From contig CAVSZB010000004.1 of the NCBI GenBank assembly GCA_963732385.1, positions 96,001 through 160,000 on the forward strand: a stretch of 64,000 nucleotides of DNA, written 5' to 3'. Shown here piece after piece: positions 10,480 to 20,337 of this stretch. The stretch comes from an uncultured bacterium (GTDB lineage Bacteria; Krumholzibacteriota; Krumholzibacteriia; LZORAL124-64-63). The notes below the pieces were generated by a model, which saw only the letters and a list, made by a program, of their open reading frames with translations, searched no databases and was not told the origin of the DNA. The first letter of the stretch is position 1; the number at the start of each line of letters is the position of its first letter. The translations under genes were made by a program, and so were the position numbers.

Positions 10480-11270
10480 GGTGGCGGCGTGGCGCGATCG
10501 TAGCCGTTGTTTTCGCGTGGCTCGGCAGCGGATCGCCCGCGGTCGGCGGCGGCAGTCGTGATCTTCACGATGGCTGGCTCCTGCCGCCAGACCTGCTGCG
10601 TCCGTGGCTGGATCCCGGGCAGCGGGGGGGTGACACCGGTCCGTGGGTCGGGTTGGGACAGGCGCGCCTTTACGGGATGCCCGAACTGCCTCTGCGGGCA
10701 CTGGCGGTCGGATGGCGCGCTCCGCGGTGGCGCGCTGCCCTGTCCTGGCAGCGTCTGGGCGCCGAGTTGTTGGGCGAAGAACGGATCCGTGGGCAATTCC
10801 TGATCGGCGCGCGACAGGCGTTTGGTATGGCGGCGGGGTGGGATGCGTTGCGCCTTGCCGACGCGCCGTCCTGTCGTCAGCCGGTCGTGAACCTCGAACT
10901 GCGGGTGGCCGGGCCGGCGGGGACCCGGCTGACCGGCAGTCTGCCGCTGTTGCCGCCACCGGTCTGGTATGGGCGCGGCGGTGTGCGGCGCTGGTGGTCG
11001 CTCTCCGAAGCCAGTGGCGACGCGGCCTGGTGCCTCGCCCTGGACCGCGATGCGCGCGGTGCGCCGCTGCTGGAGGGGGAGGGGGCGGTGAGGGTGGCCG
11101 ACCGCTGTGGTCTCGGTCTGCGCTGGGAACCGGCCACCGGCGCGCTCGGCCTGACCACCGCCTGGCTGTGGCGGGGCCTGCTGCTGCGATCGTCGCACCT
11201 GGCCCATCCGGTACTCGGCGTGACTCACCGCTGGAGTCTGGGCGCCGGCCCGGGGGAGATGTGGCCTTGA
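10476..11270 (+). CDS. Hypothetical exported, possibly beta-barrel, protein
   Basis: 4-nt overlap with the upstream stop, signal-like N-terminus, LYGMPEL and HPVLGVTH motifs. Confidence 0.55.
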   Translation: MRWRRGAIVAVVFAWLGSGSPAVGGGSRDLHDGWLLPPDLLRPWLDPGQRGGDTGPWVGLGQARLYGMPELPLRALAVGWRAPRWRAALSWQRLGAELLGEERIRGQFLIGARQAFGMAAGWDALRLADAPSCRQPVVNLELRVAGPAGTRLTGSLPLLPPPVWYGRGGVRRWWSLSEASGDAAWCLALDRDARGAPLLEGEGAVRVADRCGLGLRWEPATGALGLTTAWLWRGLLLRSSHLAHPVLGVTHRWSLGAGPGEMWP

Positions 11271-12958
11271 CCGACCGCGCCCTGCTGGTGGTCGTTCTGG
11301 TGACGGCCGTCCTGACGCGCACGCCTGTCGCAAGCGGGCAGTCGTCCGGCGAAGACTCGACCGCCGCCGCGGGACCGGTCGCCTTCGCGGCCGACGAACG
11401 CAATGGCAATGAGCGAACGCCTGAGCAGGAGGAATTGGAGAGCGCCGAAGCGCTCCTGGGCCGCGCGGAGCTCGCTGAACTCGCGGCTCTTGCTGCTCCC
11501 GGAACGACCGGCGCGGAGTCGGACCAACGGAGCGTGCCGCGGGCGCGGTCCGGGGGGACACCGGGCTGGCAACTGTCCTGGCGGGGGGGTGGGTTGAGTG
11601 CGCCCTCCGGAACGACCCTGCGTCTCGAGGGGCGGCAAGGCCCGGCCCGGCTCCTGATCCGGCGGCGCGCGGCTGCGACGGGGGAGGTGGTATGGGGCGG
11701 AGGGCTGGAACTGCGGAGCGGGAACGAGGGCCTGGTCTGGGGCACGCTCGGCTGCCGCCACGGGCTGGGGCTGCTGGCCGCGGGCGCAGGACGTGGCGCA
11801 ACGCCCGCCGCCACCGTTTCCCTGGCGCCGACGGCGGCCGGGGTTCGCCTGCTTTCCGCGGGCGAGGCGGAGAGATCCCTGCGCGGGGTGTCCGGCTCTG
11901 TTGCCTGTGGACGGTGGAGTTTGACGGGGGCCGTGGGATCCCCTTCGGCGGAATCGGGGACGGCGGCCGGGGAGACGAATCGGGCAGTGAGCCTGGCCCG
12001 CCTCGCCTTTACCACCGCGCGGGGGGAGGCGGCGCTGCTGGTATGCGCTGGGGAGCAGGAAAGCGGCGCCAGTCTCGCGCTGACCGGCCGTGGTCCCGAC
12101 GCCTGGTATGCTGGCGAGGCCGCGTCGTGGCGCGCGGGGAGGGATGGCCGACCGGAGCTGGCCTGGGCGGCCGCCGCAGGGGCGCGACATGGCGGTTGGC
12201 TGATCGAGATGCAGGCTGCGGCCGCCGCTGCCGGTCGCGGTCCACGCCTTGGTCGACCGCCCCCCTGCCTGTCAGGGTGGGCCGGCAGTGGCTGGTGCGT
12301 GCGCGCATCGACCGCGCTCGGATCGCACGTGCGGGCGCAGGCGCTGTTCGCCAGTGCCCGGGAGAGGGATGAGGTCGATACCGGCGGTGTCACCACCTCC
12401 GGCCGCAGGCGTTGCGAGCTCGCGCTGGAGGCCGGCCGGCGAGCGGGTTGGACGGTCGACCTGCGACTGCGCCAGGTGATGCAGACGCTAGACGGCTGGC
12501 GGGATCGCAGCCCCTGGCTGCCGCCCGTCCGGCTGGAAGCGGAAAATCGGACGCAGGTAGTGGCGACCGTCGACGGCGCGCTGTCCGGCTGGAAGATCCG
12601 CCTGGCGGCTCGAGGACTGACAGTTGCGCAGATCGTGACCGGAGCGGAAGCCGAGGCCCCGCTCGCACGCGGGCTGGCCGAGGCGCGGGCCGAGCGCGTG
12701 CTCGGGGCCGGTTGGTCTCTCCGACTGGCCTGGGCCGGCGCCTGGGGCGGGCCGGCTGACCTGGCCTCGTGCGCCGCGCCGGCGTCCGGTCTGGCGGTGC
12801 CGCGGCGCTGGGGGCACTGGGCGGGGGAGCGGAGCGTCGGTTGTGCCCGCGCCGGCCGGCGTTGGACCATCGCCATGGGCGGTTGTCTGCGCCGGCCGGC
12901 CGATCCGGCGCTGCCGATGCAGTGTGAACTCTGGCAGCGCGCTGGGCTCAACTGGTGA
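11261..12958 (+). CDS. Hypothetical outer-membrane beta-barrel-like protein
   Basis: GGGGAG SD, signal-like N-terminus, amphipathic strand pattern, C-terminal aromatic residue (GLNW). Confidence 0.5.
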   Translation: MALTDRALLVVVLVTAVLTRTPVASGQSSGEDSTAAAGPVAFAADERNGNERTPEQEELESAEALLGRAELAELAALAAPGTTGAESDQRSVPRARSGGTPGWQLSWRGGGLSAPSGTTLRLEGRQGPARLLIRRRAAATGEVVWGGGLELRSGNEGLVWGTLGCRHGLGLLAAGAGRGATPAATVSLAPTAAGVRLLSAGEAERSLRGVSGSVACGRWSLTGAVGSPSAESGTAAGETNRAVSLARLAFTTARGEAALLVCAGEQESGASLALTGRGPDAWYAGEAASWRAGRDGRPELAWAAAAGARHGGWLIEMQAAAAAAGRGPRLGRPPPCLSGWAGSGWCVRASTALGSHVRAQALFASARERDEVDTGGVTTSGRRRCELALEAGRRAGWTVDLRLRQVMQTLDGWRDRSPWLPPVRLEAENRTQVVATVDGALSGWKIRLAARGLTVAQIVTGAEAEAPLARGLAEARAERVLGAGWSLRLAWAGAWGGPADLASCAAPASGLAVPRRWGHWAGERSVGCARAGRRWTIAMGGCLRRPADPALPMQCELWQRAGLNW

Positions 12959-13013
12959 AGCAACCGCGCCTAAATCGGGGTGCGCAACGGCCGATGCTTA
13001 GGATAGCGCCACA

Positions 13014-14867
13014 ATGGCGCTCCGTTCATCCGCCTGGAGGCGCACCTTGGATCGCGAAGCGCGCGCGGCGCTGGAAGCGCTGCCGGTACAGCCTCTTTTG
13101 CAGGAATCGCCCGTTGCGGCCGGAGTGTGTCTCGACCCGGCGCTGCGGGCGGAGCTCGAAGGGCTGGCCGGCGCCACCGATTCCGTGGCAGACCGCTCCG
13201 ATCGCCTCTGGCACGCCCTGCGCAAGCGCCTTGGGCAGCCCGAAGTCCCGGAGTTGCTGCGGGGCGTGATGCTGCTGGCCAGGGCGGGCGATCCCTCCGG
13301 GGCCCGACTGCTGGCCGCCCTGCTGGACGTCCACGCTCCGGGCGCCGAGATGATCGCCCGCATCCACCGTTTCGACAGCACCCGTCGTCTCTTCGTGGCC
13401 GACCGGGCCGGCAGTCGTGGCGCGGCGGCTCCGGCGGCCTGGCGGCACCGGCTTGAGGAGGTGACCGCGATCTGTGCCGGGCGCACGGATGAGTTGCCGG
13501 GCGGGACACCGGCCCCCGTGCCGGGGCCACGCGGCGAACCGCCGCTGCCCCTGTTGCGCCGCTGGCTCGAGCACCTGCTGGCCGATCTGGCCCGGCATGG
13601 CGAACTCGAACCGCGAGGGGTGGACCTCCTGCTGGCTCTGTCGCGTTTGGAGGTGGATGCCTACGAAGAGCGGGTCAGCCGCGCTGCCGGCGCGGTCAAT
13701 CCGTATCTGGCGTCCGCCGTGTCGCGGGTATTGCCCCTGCTCGGCCAGGCGGACAGCGAGGTGCGTGCGATGCGGGAGTTCATCCACAGCATCGAGGCGG
13801 GTCGGGCCGGCGTGGCGTTCCGACGTCGTCTGCCCCGTCTGCACGAGGCGTTTTCGCCCGACGAACGTGGCGCGCTGCTCCGCTCGCTCGAGGGGCGCCC
13901 GGAACTTGTCGAAATGCTGTCGCTGCTGCGGGGAATCGAGCGCAATCCGGTGCCGATGCGGCGGCTCGCCGGCGCCGCGGCGCGCCTGATGGCGCTCGGC
14001 GCGCATCTGCGCGCGCGCGGTCTGCGCCGCTCTGACCTCGACCTGCTGACGGCCGTGGGCCTGGCCCAACGCTACGAGCGCGACGGCGAGGTGCACCTGC
14101 CGCTCGGCACCGATCTCGCGGCCACGGTCAGCGAACTGCTGGCCATCGCCCGCGGCGGTGTCCTCGACGGCGACGCTCAGGCGGCCGAGCCGGTGGAGGC
14201 GAGCGCCATGCTGACCGGACCCGCCGAGTTGCTGGCCCTGCCGCTCGGGGACGCCGAAGCAGCCGCGGCGCTGCTCAACGCCGGCTCAACGCCGGCCGCC
14301 GAAGCTGCCGGGGTTCAGGCCGAGCCGAGCGCGGGGGGATTGCTGACCTGGTCGCTCGATGGTTTCCGGCTGGGGGAGGGGGAACTGTTGCTGCGGGTGC
14401 CCCAGGAGGGACGCGTCGACCGCCCGTGGCGGCACGATCTGCCGGTTCCGATGGCGGACGAGATCGATCCCGCGACGCTGGCGGCCGTGCTCGACCCCGC
14501 CGCGTTGAAACGTCTCGTGCTGGCGAATCTGGACAACGTCAGTGTGACCACCGGCTTCCTGCGCAACGCGCGCGTGACCGCGATCCCCGGGATGGTGGCG
14601 GCAATCGTGACGCGCTGTCGCACGGCTCGCGTTCTCGATGTGATCGCCAACGATCGTAATCTCTACTCCGGGTTCGCCAACAAGGACGTGCCGCGTGCTC
14701 TCCTGTTGAGCCCCTGCAACATTCCGGTCAAGTCCCTGGCCAAGTTCATCCACGTCAAGTTCGTCCACCGGATGGACCTCCAGCGGATGGCCAAAGACAA
14801 GACAGGGATCCGCCGCGAGGTCATCAAGGAAATCCAGTCCTATCTCAATGCTCTCGGTGGCAACTGA
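13014..14867 (+). CDS. Hypothetical alpha-helical protein
   Basis: 617-aa ORF with coding-like bias; conserved-looking C-terminal ~120 aa (FLRNARV...NKDVPRALLLSPCNIPVK). Confidence 0.65.
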   Translation: MALRSSAWRRTLDREARAALEALPVQPLLQESPVAAGVCLDPALRAELEGLAGATDSVADRSDRLWHALRKRLGQPEVPELLRGVMLLARAGDPSGARLLAALLDVHAPGAEMIARIHRFDSTRRLFVADRAGSRGAAAPAAWRHRLEEVTAICAGRTDELPGGTPAPVPGPRGEPPLPLLRRWLEHLLADLARHGELEPRGVDLLLALSRLEVDAYEERVSRAAGAVNPYLASAVSRVLPLLGQADSEVRAMREFIHSIEAGRAGVAFRRRLPRLHEAFSPDERGALLRSLEGRPELVEMLSLLRGIERNPVPMRRLAGAAARLMALGAHLRARGLRRSDLDLLTAVGLAQRYERDGEVHLPLGTDLAATVSELLAIARGGVLDGDAQAAEPVEASAMLTGPAELLALPLGDAEAAAALLNAGSTPAAEAAGVQAEPSAGGLLTWSLDGFRLGEGELLLRVPQEGRVDRPWRHDLPVPMADEIDPATLAAVLDPAALKRLVLANLDNVSVTTGFLRNARVTAIPGMVAAIVTRCRTARVLDVIANDRNLYSGFANKDVPRALLLSPCNIPVKSLAKFIHVKFVHRMDLQRMAKDKTGIRREVIKEIQSYLNALGGN

Positions 14868-14915
14868 CCGCCGCCGACGGCAGCAAACTCAAGTGCGACA
14901 ACCTGTTTCGTAACC

Positions 14916-14944
14916 TTGACTTGTAGCGATCACGGGTCTAGGTT
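14916..14944 (+). promoter_or_regulatory. Putative sigma70 promoter
   Basis: TTGACT-N17-TAGGTT upstream of the aminotransferase. Confidence 0.5.
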
Positions 14945-15008
14945 TGCCGGGAGCCGGCGAGCTGGGAATCGACGGCAGCGGGTGGCGACTCCGGCAAGGG
15001 AGCTTGCG

Positions 15009-16175
15009 ATGCTGGCGAAGCGGATGGAAAGGCTTGGTACCGAAACGGCGTTTGTCATTCTGGCGCGGGCGAAGGCTCTCGAAGCCCAGGGGCGCGACAT
15101 CGTTCACCTCGAGATCGGCGAGCCCGATTTCGACACCCCGGTGAACATCGTCGACAAGGCGGTCGAGGCGTTGCGCGGCGGCTTCACCCACTACGGTCCG
15201 GCCGCTGGTATGGTCGATGCCCGGCGCGCCTTCGCCGAATACATGGCGAAGGACCGCGGTCTGCCGGTCAAGCCTGAGCACATCGTCATCACGCCGGGTG
15301 GCAAGCCGATCATGTACTATGTGATGACCGCTCTCGTCGATGAGGGGGACGAGGTCATCTATCCGAACCCCGGTTTCCCGATCTACGAGTCGGTCATCAA
15401 TTTCCTCGGCGCCAGGGCAGTGCCACTGAAGCTGGCGGAGGAGAAGCAGTTCAACTTCGACGTCGCCGATCTCGAGCGGCTGATCAGCAGGAAAACGAAG
15501 CTGCTGATCATCAACTCGCCCCAGAACCCGACCGGCGGCGTGCTGACCGCGGCCGACCTCGACGCGATCGCCAAGCTGGCCGTGAAGCACGACTTCTGGG
15601 TGCTGTCGGACGAGATCTACAGCAAGATCATCTACGGCGGGAAGCACGAGTCGATCGCCACGCGACCGGGGATGCTGGAGCGGACGATCATCCTCGACGG
15701 CCATTCCAAGACCTACGCCATGACCGGCTGGCGGCTCGGCTTCGGCATGATGCCGGAGCTGCTTGCGCAGGCGGTGGCGAAGTTGCAGACCAACGTCGCC
15801 AGCTGCACGGCCAGCTTCACGCAGCTGGCCGGGGTCGAGGCGCTGACCGGTCCCCAGGACGCGGCGAAGGCGATGGTGGCCGAGTTCCAGGCCCGGCGGG
15901 ATCTGCTGGTCGACGGCCTCAACGCCATCGATGGCATCAGTTGCCAGCGGCCGCTCGGCGCGTTCTACGTCTTCCCGAACATCCAGCGACTCGGCCTGAC
16001 CAGCAAGGATGCCGAGACGCGGCTGCTCGACGAATTCGGCGTGGCGGCGCTCGCCGGCACGGCCTTCGGCGCCTTTGGCGAGGGGTACCTGCGCTTCAGC
16101 TACGCGAACAGCCGCGAGAATCTGCGCAAGGCGCTCACGCGGGTGGCAGATTTCGTCAAGTCGGTTCGTCGCTAG
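15009..16175 (+). CDS. PLP-dependent class I/II (aspartate-type) aminotransferase
   Basis: IGEPDF, NSPQNPTG, SDEIY, SKTYAMTGWRLG (PLP Lys). Confidence 0.93.
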   Translation: MLAKRMERLGTETAFVILARAKALEAQGRDIVHLEIGEPDFDTPVNIVDKAVEALRGGFTHYGPAAGMVDARRAFAEYMAKDRGLPVKPEHIVITPGGKPIMYYVMTALVDEGDEVIYPNPGFPIYESVINFLGARAVPLKLAEEKQFNFDVADLERLISRKTKLLIINSPQNPTGGVLTAADLDAIAKLAVKHDFWVLSDEIYSKIIYGGKHESIATRPGMLERTIILDGHSKTYAMTGWRLGFGMMPELLAQAVAKLQTNVASCTASFTQLAGVEALTGPQDAAKAMVAEFQARRDLLVDGLNAIDGISCQRPLGAFYVFPNIQRLGLTSKDAETRLLDEFGVAALAGTAFGAFGEGYLRFSYANSRENLRKALTRVADFVKSVRR

Positions 16176-16243
16176 GTCGCGGCGAACGTGGTTGCGGGGC
16201 CGTGCCCGCGCGGGCGCGGCCGCCGCGTTTCAGGGGGTTTCCC

Positions 16244-17227
16244 ATGTCCGACCCAACGCCGCGGCGCGCGGGGCGTCGTCTCGTGATCGCCCTCGGCGGC
16301 AATGCGATCCTGCCCGCCGGCACGCGGGGGACGTACGAAGAACAGCTCGATGTCACGACCCGCACCATGGATCAGGTGGCCACGCTGGCCGGTGAGGGAT
16401 ACCAGATCGTGCTGACGCACGGCAACGGACCGATCGTTGGCAACATCGTGCTGCGCAATGATGCCGGCCTTACTCTGCACAACATCCCGCCCATGCCGCT
16501 GCACGTCTGTGGCGCCGACTCCCAGGGCGGCATCGGCTATATGCTCCAGCAGGCGCTCCAGAACAGCCTGCGCGCCCGTGATCTGCACCGTCCGGTCGCG
16601 TCGGTGGTGACACAGGTCATCGTCGACCGTGACGACCCCGCCTTCCGCAAGCCGACCAAGCCGATCGGCCCGTTCTACGATGCGGCGCGCGCCGAGACCC
16701 TGCGGCGCGAGTTCGGCTGGACCATCATCGAGGATGCCGGCCGTGGCTTCCGGCGCGTCGTGCCGAGTCCCCGCCCGCGCGAGGTCGTCGAGTGGGAGGC
16801 GATCCAGGCGCTGATCGAGGCGGGCGTGATCGCGGTCGCGGTCGGAGGCGGGGGTGTGCCGGTCGCGCGGGACGCCGACGGCGATCTTGCCGGGGTGGAC
16901 GCGGTCATCGACAAGGACCGGGCCTCGGCACTGCTGGCAGGCCTGATCGGCGCCGACACGCTGGCCATCATCACCTCCGTGAATCGCGTCTACCTGCGGT
17001 TCGGCACGCCCGAGGCGGTGGCGCTCGACACGTTCGATGCCGCGCGCGCGGCGGCGCTGCTCGCCGCGGGCGAGTTTCCCGCCGGCAGCATGGGGCCGAA
17101 GATCGAGTCGGCGCTCGCCTTTCTCGAGGCGGGAGGCCGCGAGGTGATCATTACCGATCCCGATTCGTTGCACGCCTCGCTGCAGGGACGTGCCGGCACC
17201 CGTATCGTGCCGGCGCCGGCCGCCTGA
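16244..17227 (+). CDS. arcC: Carbamate kinase
   Basis: IALGGNA, THGNGP, PTKPIGPFY, RRVVPSP, VIDKD, GSMGPK. Confidence 0.93.
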   Translation: MSDPTPRRAGRRLVIALGGNAILPAGTRGTYEEQLDVTTRTMDQVATLAGEGYQIVLTHGNGPIVGNIVLRNDAGLTLHNIPPMPLHVCGADSQGGIGYMLQQALQNSLRARDLHRPVASVVTQVIVDRDDPAFRKPTKPIGPFYDAARAETLRREFGWTIIEDAGRGFRRVVPSPRPREVVEWEAIQALIEAGVIAVAVGGGGVPVARDADGDLAGVDAVIDKDRASALLAGLIGADTLAIITSVNRVYLRFGTPEAVALDTFDAARAAALLAAGEFPAGSMGPKIESALAFLEAGGREVIITDPDSLHASLQGRAGTRIVPAPAA

Positions 17228-17316
17228 GCGCGTCGCCCGGCCGCGGGATCTCTCGCCAGTCCCTCCTTGCCGCTGGCGCGCACGTCGGACTATGGTGATC
17301 CGCGCCGGGAGGGGCC

Positions 17317-18651
17317 ATGGCCGTCAGGATTCTTATCGTCGGCGCCGGTGGGCGGGAGCACGCCCTGGCTCGCCAACTGGCGCTCTCGCCGCAGCGCCCC
17401 GTGATCTTCGTCGCCCCGGGCAATCCCGGCACGGCCGCAGTGGCGCGGAATGTTCCGCTCACCGCCGATGCCCCCGACCGTCTTGCCGCTTTCTGCCAGG
17501 ATGAGCAGATCGGCCTCGTCATCATCGGTCCCGAGGATCCCCTCATCGCCGGTCTCGCCGATAGCCTGCGCGCTGCCGGGCTGGCGGTTTTCGGTCCGGG
17601 GGCGGACGGCGCCCGGATCGAGGGCGACAAGGGGTGGGCCAAGGAGATCCTGGCGGCGGCCGGAGTGCCGACCGCCCCGTACGCCCTTTTCGACAATCGC
17701 GTCGATGCTCTGGCCTATCTCGACGGGGTGGCCTGTCCGGTCGTCGTCAAGGCGGTCGGCGCGGCGCAGGGCAAGGGGGTGGCGGTCTGTCCCGACCGTG
17801 CCTCGGCGGTAGCCCATGTGGAGGCCTGCCTGGGCGAGCGGCGCTTTGGCCGGGCGGGGGAACGGGTACTGATCGAGAGCTGCCTCGAAGGTCCGGAGCT
17901 GTCGGTGTTGGCCGTGACCGACGGTCGCGACTACGCCCTGCTCGCCCCCGCGCGCGATCACAAGCGGGTTGGCGATGGCGACACCGGGCCGAACACCGGG
18001 GGGATGGGCGCCTTCGCGCCGGTTCCGTTCGGAGATCCGTCGCTCGGCGGGGTGATCGCGCGACGGGTGATCGAACCGACGCTCGCGGAACTGCGCCGGC
18101 GCGCCATCGACTTCCGCGGTGTGCTGTACGCGGGCCTGATGCTGACCGCCTCCGGTCCGCAGGTGCTGGAGTTCAACTGCCGCTTCGGCGATCCGGAAAC
18201 CCAGGCGGTGCTGCCGCTGCTGCGGGGCGATTTCCTGGCGCTCGTGCAGGCGACGGCCGCCGGTCGCCTCGGTGAGTATCTGGCGCAACTGCCGCCGCCC
18301 GGCCTCCTGGCGCCGTGCGACTGGCCCGGCGCATCGCTCACCGACTGGACACGTGCCTGCGTGGCGGTCGTGGGCGCGGCCGCCGGTTACCCGGGACCGT
18401 ACGTGCGCGGCACGGCGGTGCAACTGCCGGCCGCTCCCGGCGACGAGGCATGGATCGTCCAGGCCGGGACCGCGCTCGTGGACGGACGGCTTCTCTCGGC
18501 CGGCGGGCGGATGCTGGCGGCGGTCGGCCTGGGCGCCGACGTGGCGCGGGCCCGCGACCGCGCCTACGCCCTGATGTCCGGGATTTCCTCGGTCGGCCTG
18601 CACTACCGGCGCGACATCGCGCGCGAGTCCGGGGCGCGGGCGGAGGTGTGA
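17317..18651 (+). CDS. purD: Phosphoribosylamine--glycine ligase
   Basis: GAGGREHA, APGNPG, DHKRVGDGDTGPNTGGMGA, EFNCRFGDPETQ. Confidence 0.95.
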   Translation: MAVRILIVGAGGREHALARQLALSPQRPVIFVAPGNPGTAAVARNVPLTADAPDRLAAFCQDEQIGLVIIGPEDPLIAGLADSLRAAGLAVFGPGADGARIEGDKGWAKEILAAAGVPTAPYALFDNRVDALAYLDGVACPVVVKAVGAAQGKGVAVCPDRASAVAHVEACLGERRFGRAGERVLIESCLEGPELSVLAVTDGRDYALLAPARDHKRVGDGDTGPNTGGMGAFAPVPFGDPSLGGVIARRVIEPTLAELRRRAIDFRGVLYAGLMLTASGPQVLEFNCRFGDPETQAVLPLLRGDFLALVQATAAGRLGEYLAQLPPPGLLAPCDWPGASLTDWTRACVAVVGAAAGYPGPYVRGTAVQLPAAPGDEAWIVQAGTALVDGRLLSAGGRMLAAVGLGADVARARDRAYALMSGISSVGLHYRRDIARESGARAEV

Positions 18652-18653
18652 CG

Positions 18654-19142
18654 ATGGCAGTGCGCCGGGCCGCGGCCAGACCGCGGGTGATGATTCTCGT
18701 GGGCAGCGCCTCCGACCTGCCGGTGACGGAAGGGGCTCTGCCGCTGCTGGAGCGTTTCGGCCTGCCTTGCCGCGTCGAGGTTGCCTCCGCGCACCGCCAG
18801 CCGGAGCGGCTGCGTCGACTCGTGGCCGCGGCGGAGCGGGCCGGGGTGGAGGTGTTCATCGCGGTGGCCGGGATGGCCGCGCATCTGCCGGGAGTGGTGG
18901 CGTCCCTCACTGCGCGTCCGGTGATCGGCGTGCCGGTGGCCGCCGGGCCGCTGGCCGGGATCGATGCCCTGCTGTCGATGGTGCAGATGCCGCCCGGCGT
19001 GCCGGTGGCCACTGTGGCCATCGGCCCGGCCGGCGCCCGCAACGCGGCGGTGCTGGCGGCGCGTATCCTCGCTTTGGGGGACGTCGCGGTGGCGGCGCGG
19101 CTGCGGGCCTATCGTCGTGCGCTGGCGCACGGCGGGAAGTAG
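18654..19142 (+). CDS. purE: N5-CAIR mutase
   Basis: GSASD, SAHR, AGMAAHLPG, PVIGVP, QMPPGVPVATV. Confidence 0.95.
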   Translation: MAVRRAAARPRVMILVGSASDLPVTEGALPLLERFGLPCRVEVASAHRQPERLRRLVAAAERAGVEVFIAVAGMAAHLPGVVASLTARPVIGVPVAAGPLAGIDALLSMVQMPPGVPVATVAIGPAGARNAAVLAARILALGDVAVAARLRAYRRALAHGGK

Positions 19143-19145
19143 CCG

Positions 19146-19775
19146 GTGCGGCGCCTGCGTGATCCTGCCGAGGCGGCGCGACTCCTCGCCGGAGGCGGTG
19201 TCGTGCTGTTGCCGACCGACACCCTCCCGGGACTGCACTGCCGCGCCGATGCGGCGCAGGCGGTGGCGCGTCTGCAGGAGATCAAGGAGCGCGATCCGGC
19301 CCGGCCGCTGCTGCTGCTCTGCGCTGACGAGGCGCAGGCCTTCGCCCTCGCCGCGCCGCTTTCCGAGCTGGTCGCCACCTATGCGCGGCGCTGTTGGCCA
19401 GGTCCCTTCACGCTGGTGTTGCCACGCGGCGCGGCGGCGCCGGCGGCGGTCTGCGGCGCGGGCGGTACGGTGGCCTGCCGGGTGCCGGCCCCGGCGGCGC
19501 TGCGGGCGCTGGTGCTCGCTGCGGGGGGCCCGCTGGTTTCGACCAGCGCGAACCGTACCGGTGAGTCACCCTGTCCGACTCTGGACGCTGCGGTGGTGCT
19601 TTTTGGCAATCAGGTGGACGCCGTACTGGAGGGGTGGCTGCCGGAGGCGGCGGTGCCCCCCGGCCCGTCCGCCCTGCTGGACCTGGCGGTCTGGCCGCCC
19701 CGCCTGTTGCGTCCGGGATCGTGCCAGGCTCCTGAGTGGGGGGCGATCGACGGCCCTGACAGGGCATCGTCTTGA
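19146..19775 (+). CDS. tsaC: L-threonylcarbamoyladenylate synthase (TsaC/YrdC)
   Basis: LPTDT, IKER, WPGPFTLV, STSAN. Confidence 0.85.
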   Translation: MRRLRDPAEAARLLAGGGVVLLPTDTLPGLHCRADAAQAVARLQEIKERDPARPLLLLCADEAQAFALAAPLSELVATYARRCWPGPFTLVLPRGAAAPAAVCGAGGTVACRVPAPAALRALVLAAGGPLVSTSANRTGESPCPTLDAAVVLFGNQVDAVLEGWLPEAAVPPGPSALLDLAVWPPRLLRPGSCQAPEWGAIDGPDRASS

Positions 19776-19824
19776 CGGGAAGCGCCATTCTTACCAGCTT
19801 GTTGGCAGGAAGTTAACGCGATCC

Positions 19825-20337
19825 ATGGTGAATTCGCTCAAAGTGATGTTCCTCTGTGTCGGCAACACCTGTCGCAGCCCGCTCGTGGAGGGACTGGCGC
19901 GACACAGGTATGGCGGATCGGCGGTGCAGTTCACCTCTGCCGGGCTGCACGCCGCCGCCGGACAGCCGGCCAGCGACGGTTCCCTGCTGATGGCGGCTGA
20001 ACTGGGGTTTGACCTTTCCGGGCACCGGTCCCGGCCGTTGACCGCTGAATCGCTGGTCGGGACCGCCTGGGTCGTTGCGATGACGCGAGACCAGGTGGCG
20101 CAGGTGCGGGTCCGTTTTCCCAACTACCGCGGGCGGCTCGGTCTGCTCGGTCTGCCGGGTGTGGATCTGGCGGTCGTTGAGGACGCGTCCGGCGGGGAAG
20201 AGGTAGCCGACCCCTACGGGGAGCCGCTGGCCGGCTACCATCGCATGACCGATCAGGTGGCGCGCCTGCTCGAGGGATGGCGCGCCCTCTTCGCCGCCGC
20301 GGATGGTTCGCGGCCAGGCACGGGAGACGGCGCATGA
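19825..20337 (+). CDS. Low-molecular-weight protein phosphatase (YwlE-like, likely Arg phosphatase)
   Basis: P-loop CVGNTCRS, DPYG acid loop. Confidence 0.85.
   Translation: MVNSLKVMFLCVGNTCRSPLVEGLARHRYGGSAVQFTSAGLHAAAGQPASDGSLLMAAELGFDLSGHRSRPLTAESLVGTAWVVAMTRDQVAQVRVRFPNYRGRLGLLGLPGVDLAVVEDASGGEEVADPYGEPLAGYHRMTDQVARLLEGWRALFAAADGSRPGTGDGA

Noticed and set aside
10141..12963. Very long antisense or alternate-frame ORFs (e.g. 10141-12963, 24816-27305, 50242-52854, 31288-33315)
   Set aside because: Shadow ORFs typical of high-GC DNA; they overlap better-supported genes on the other strand and lack recognisable motifs.
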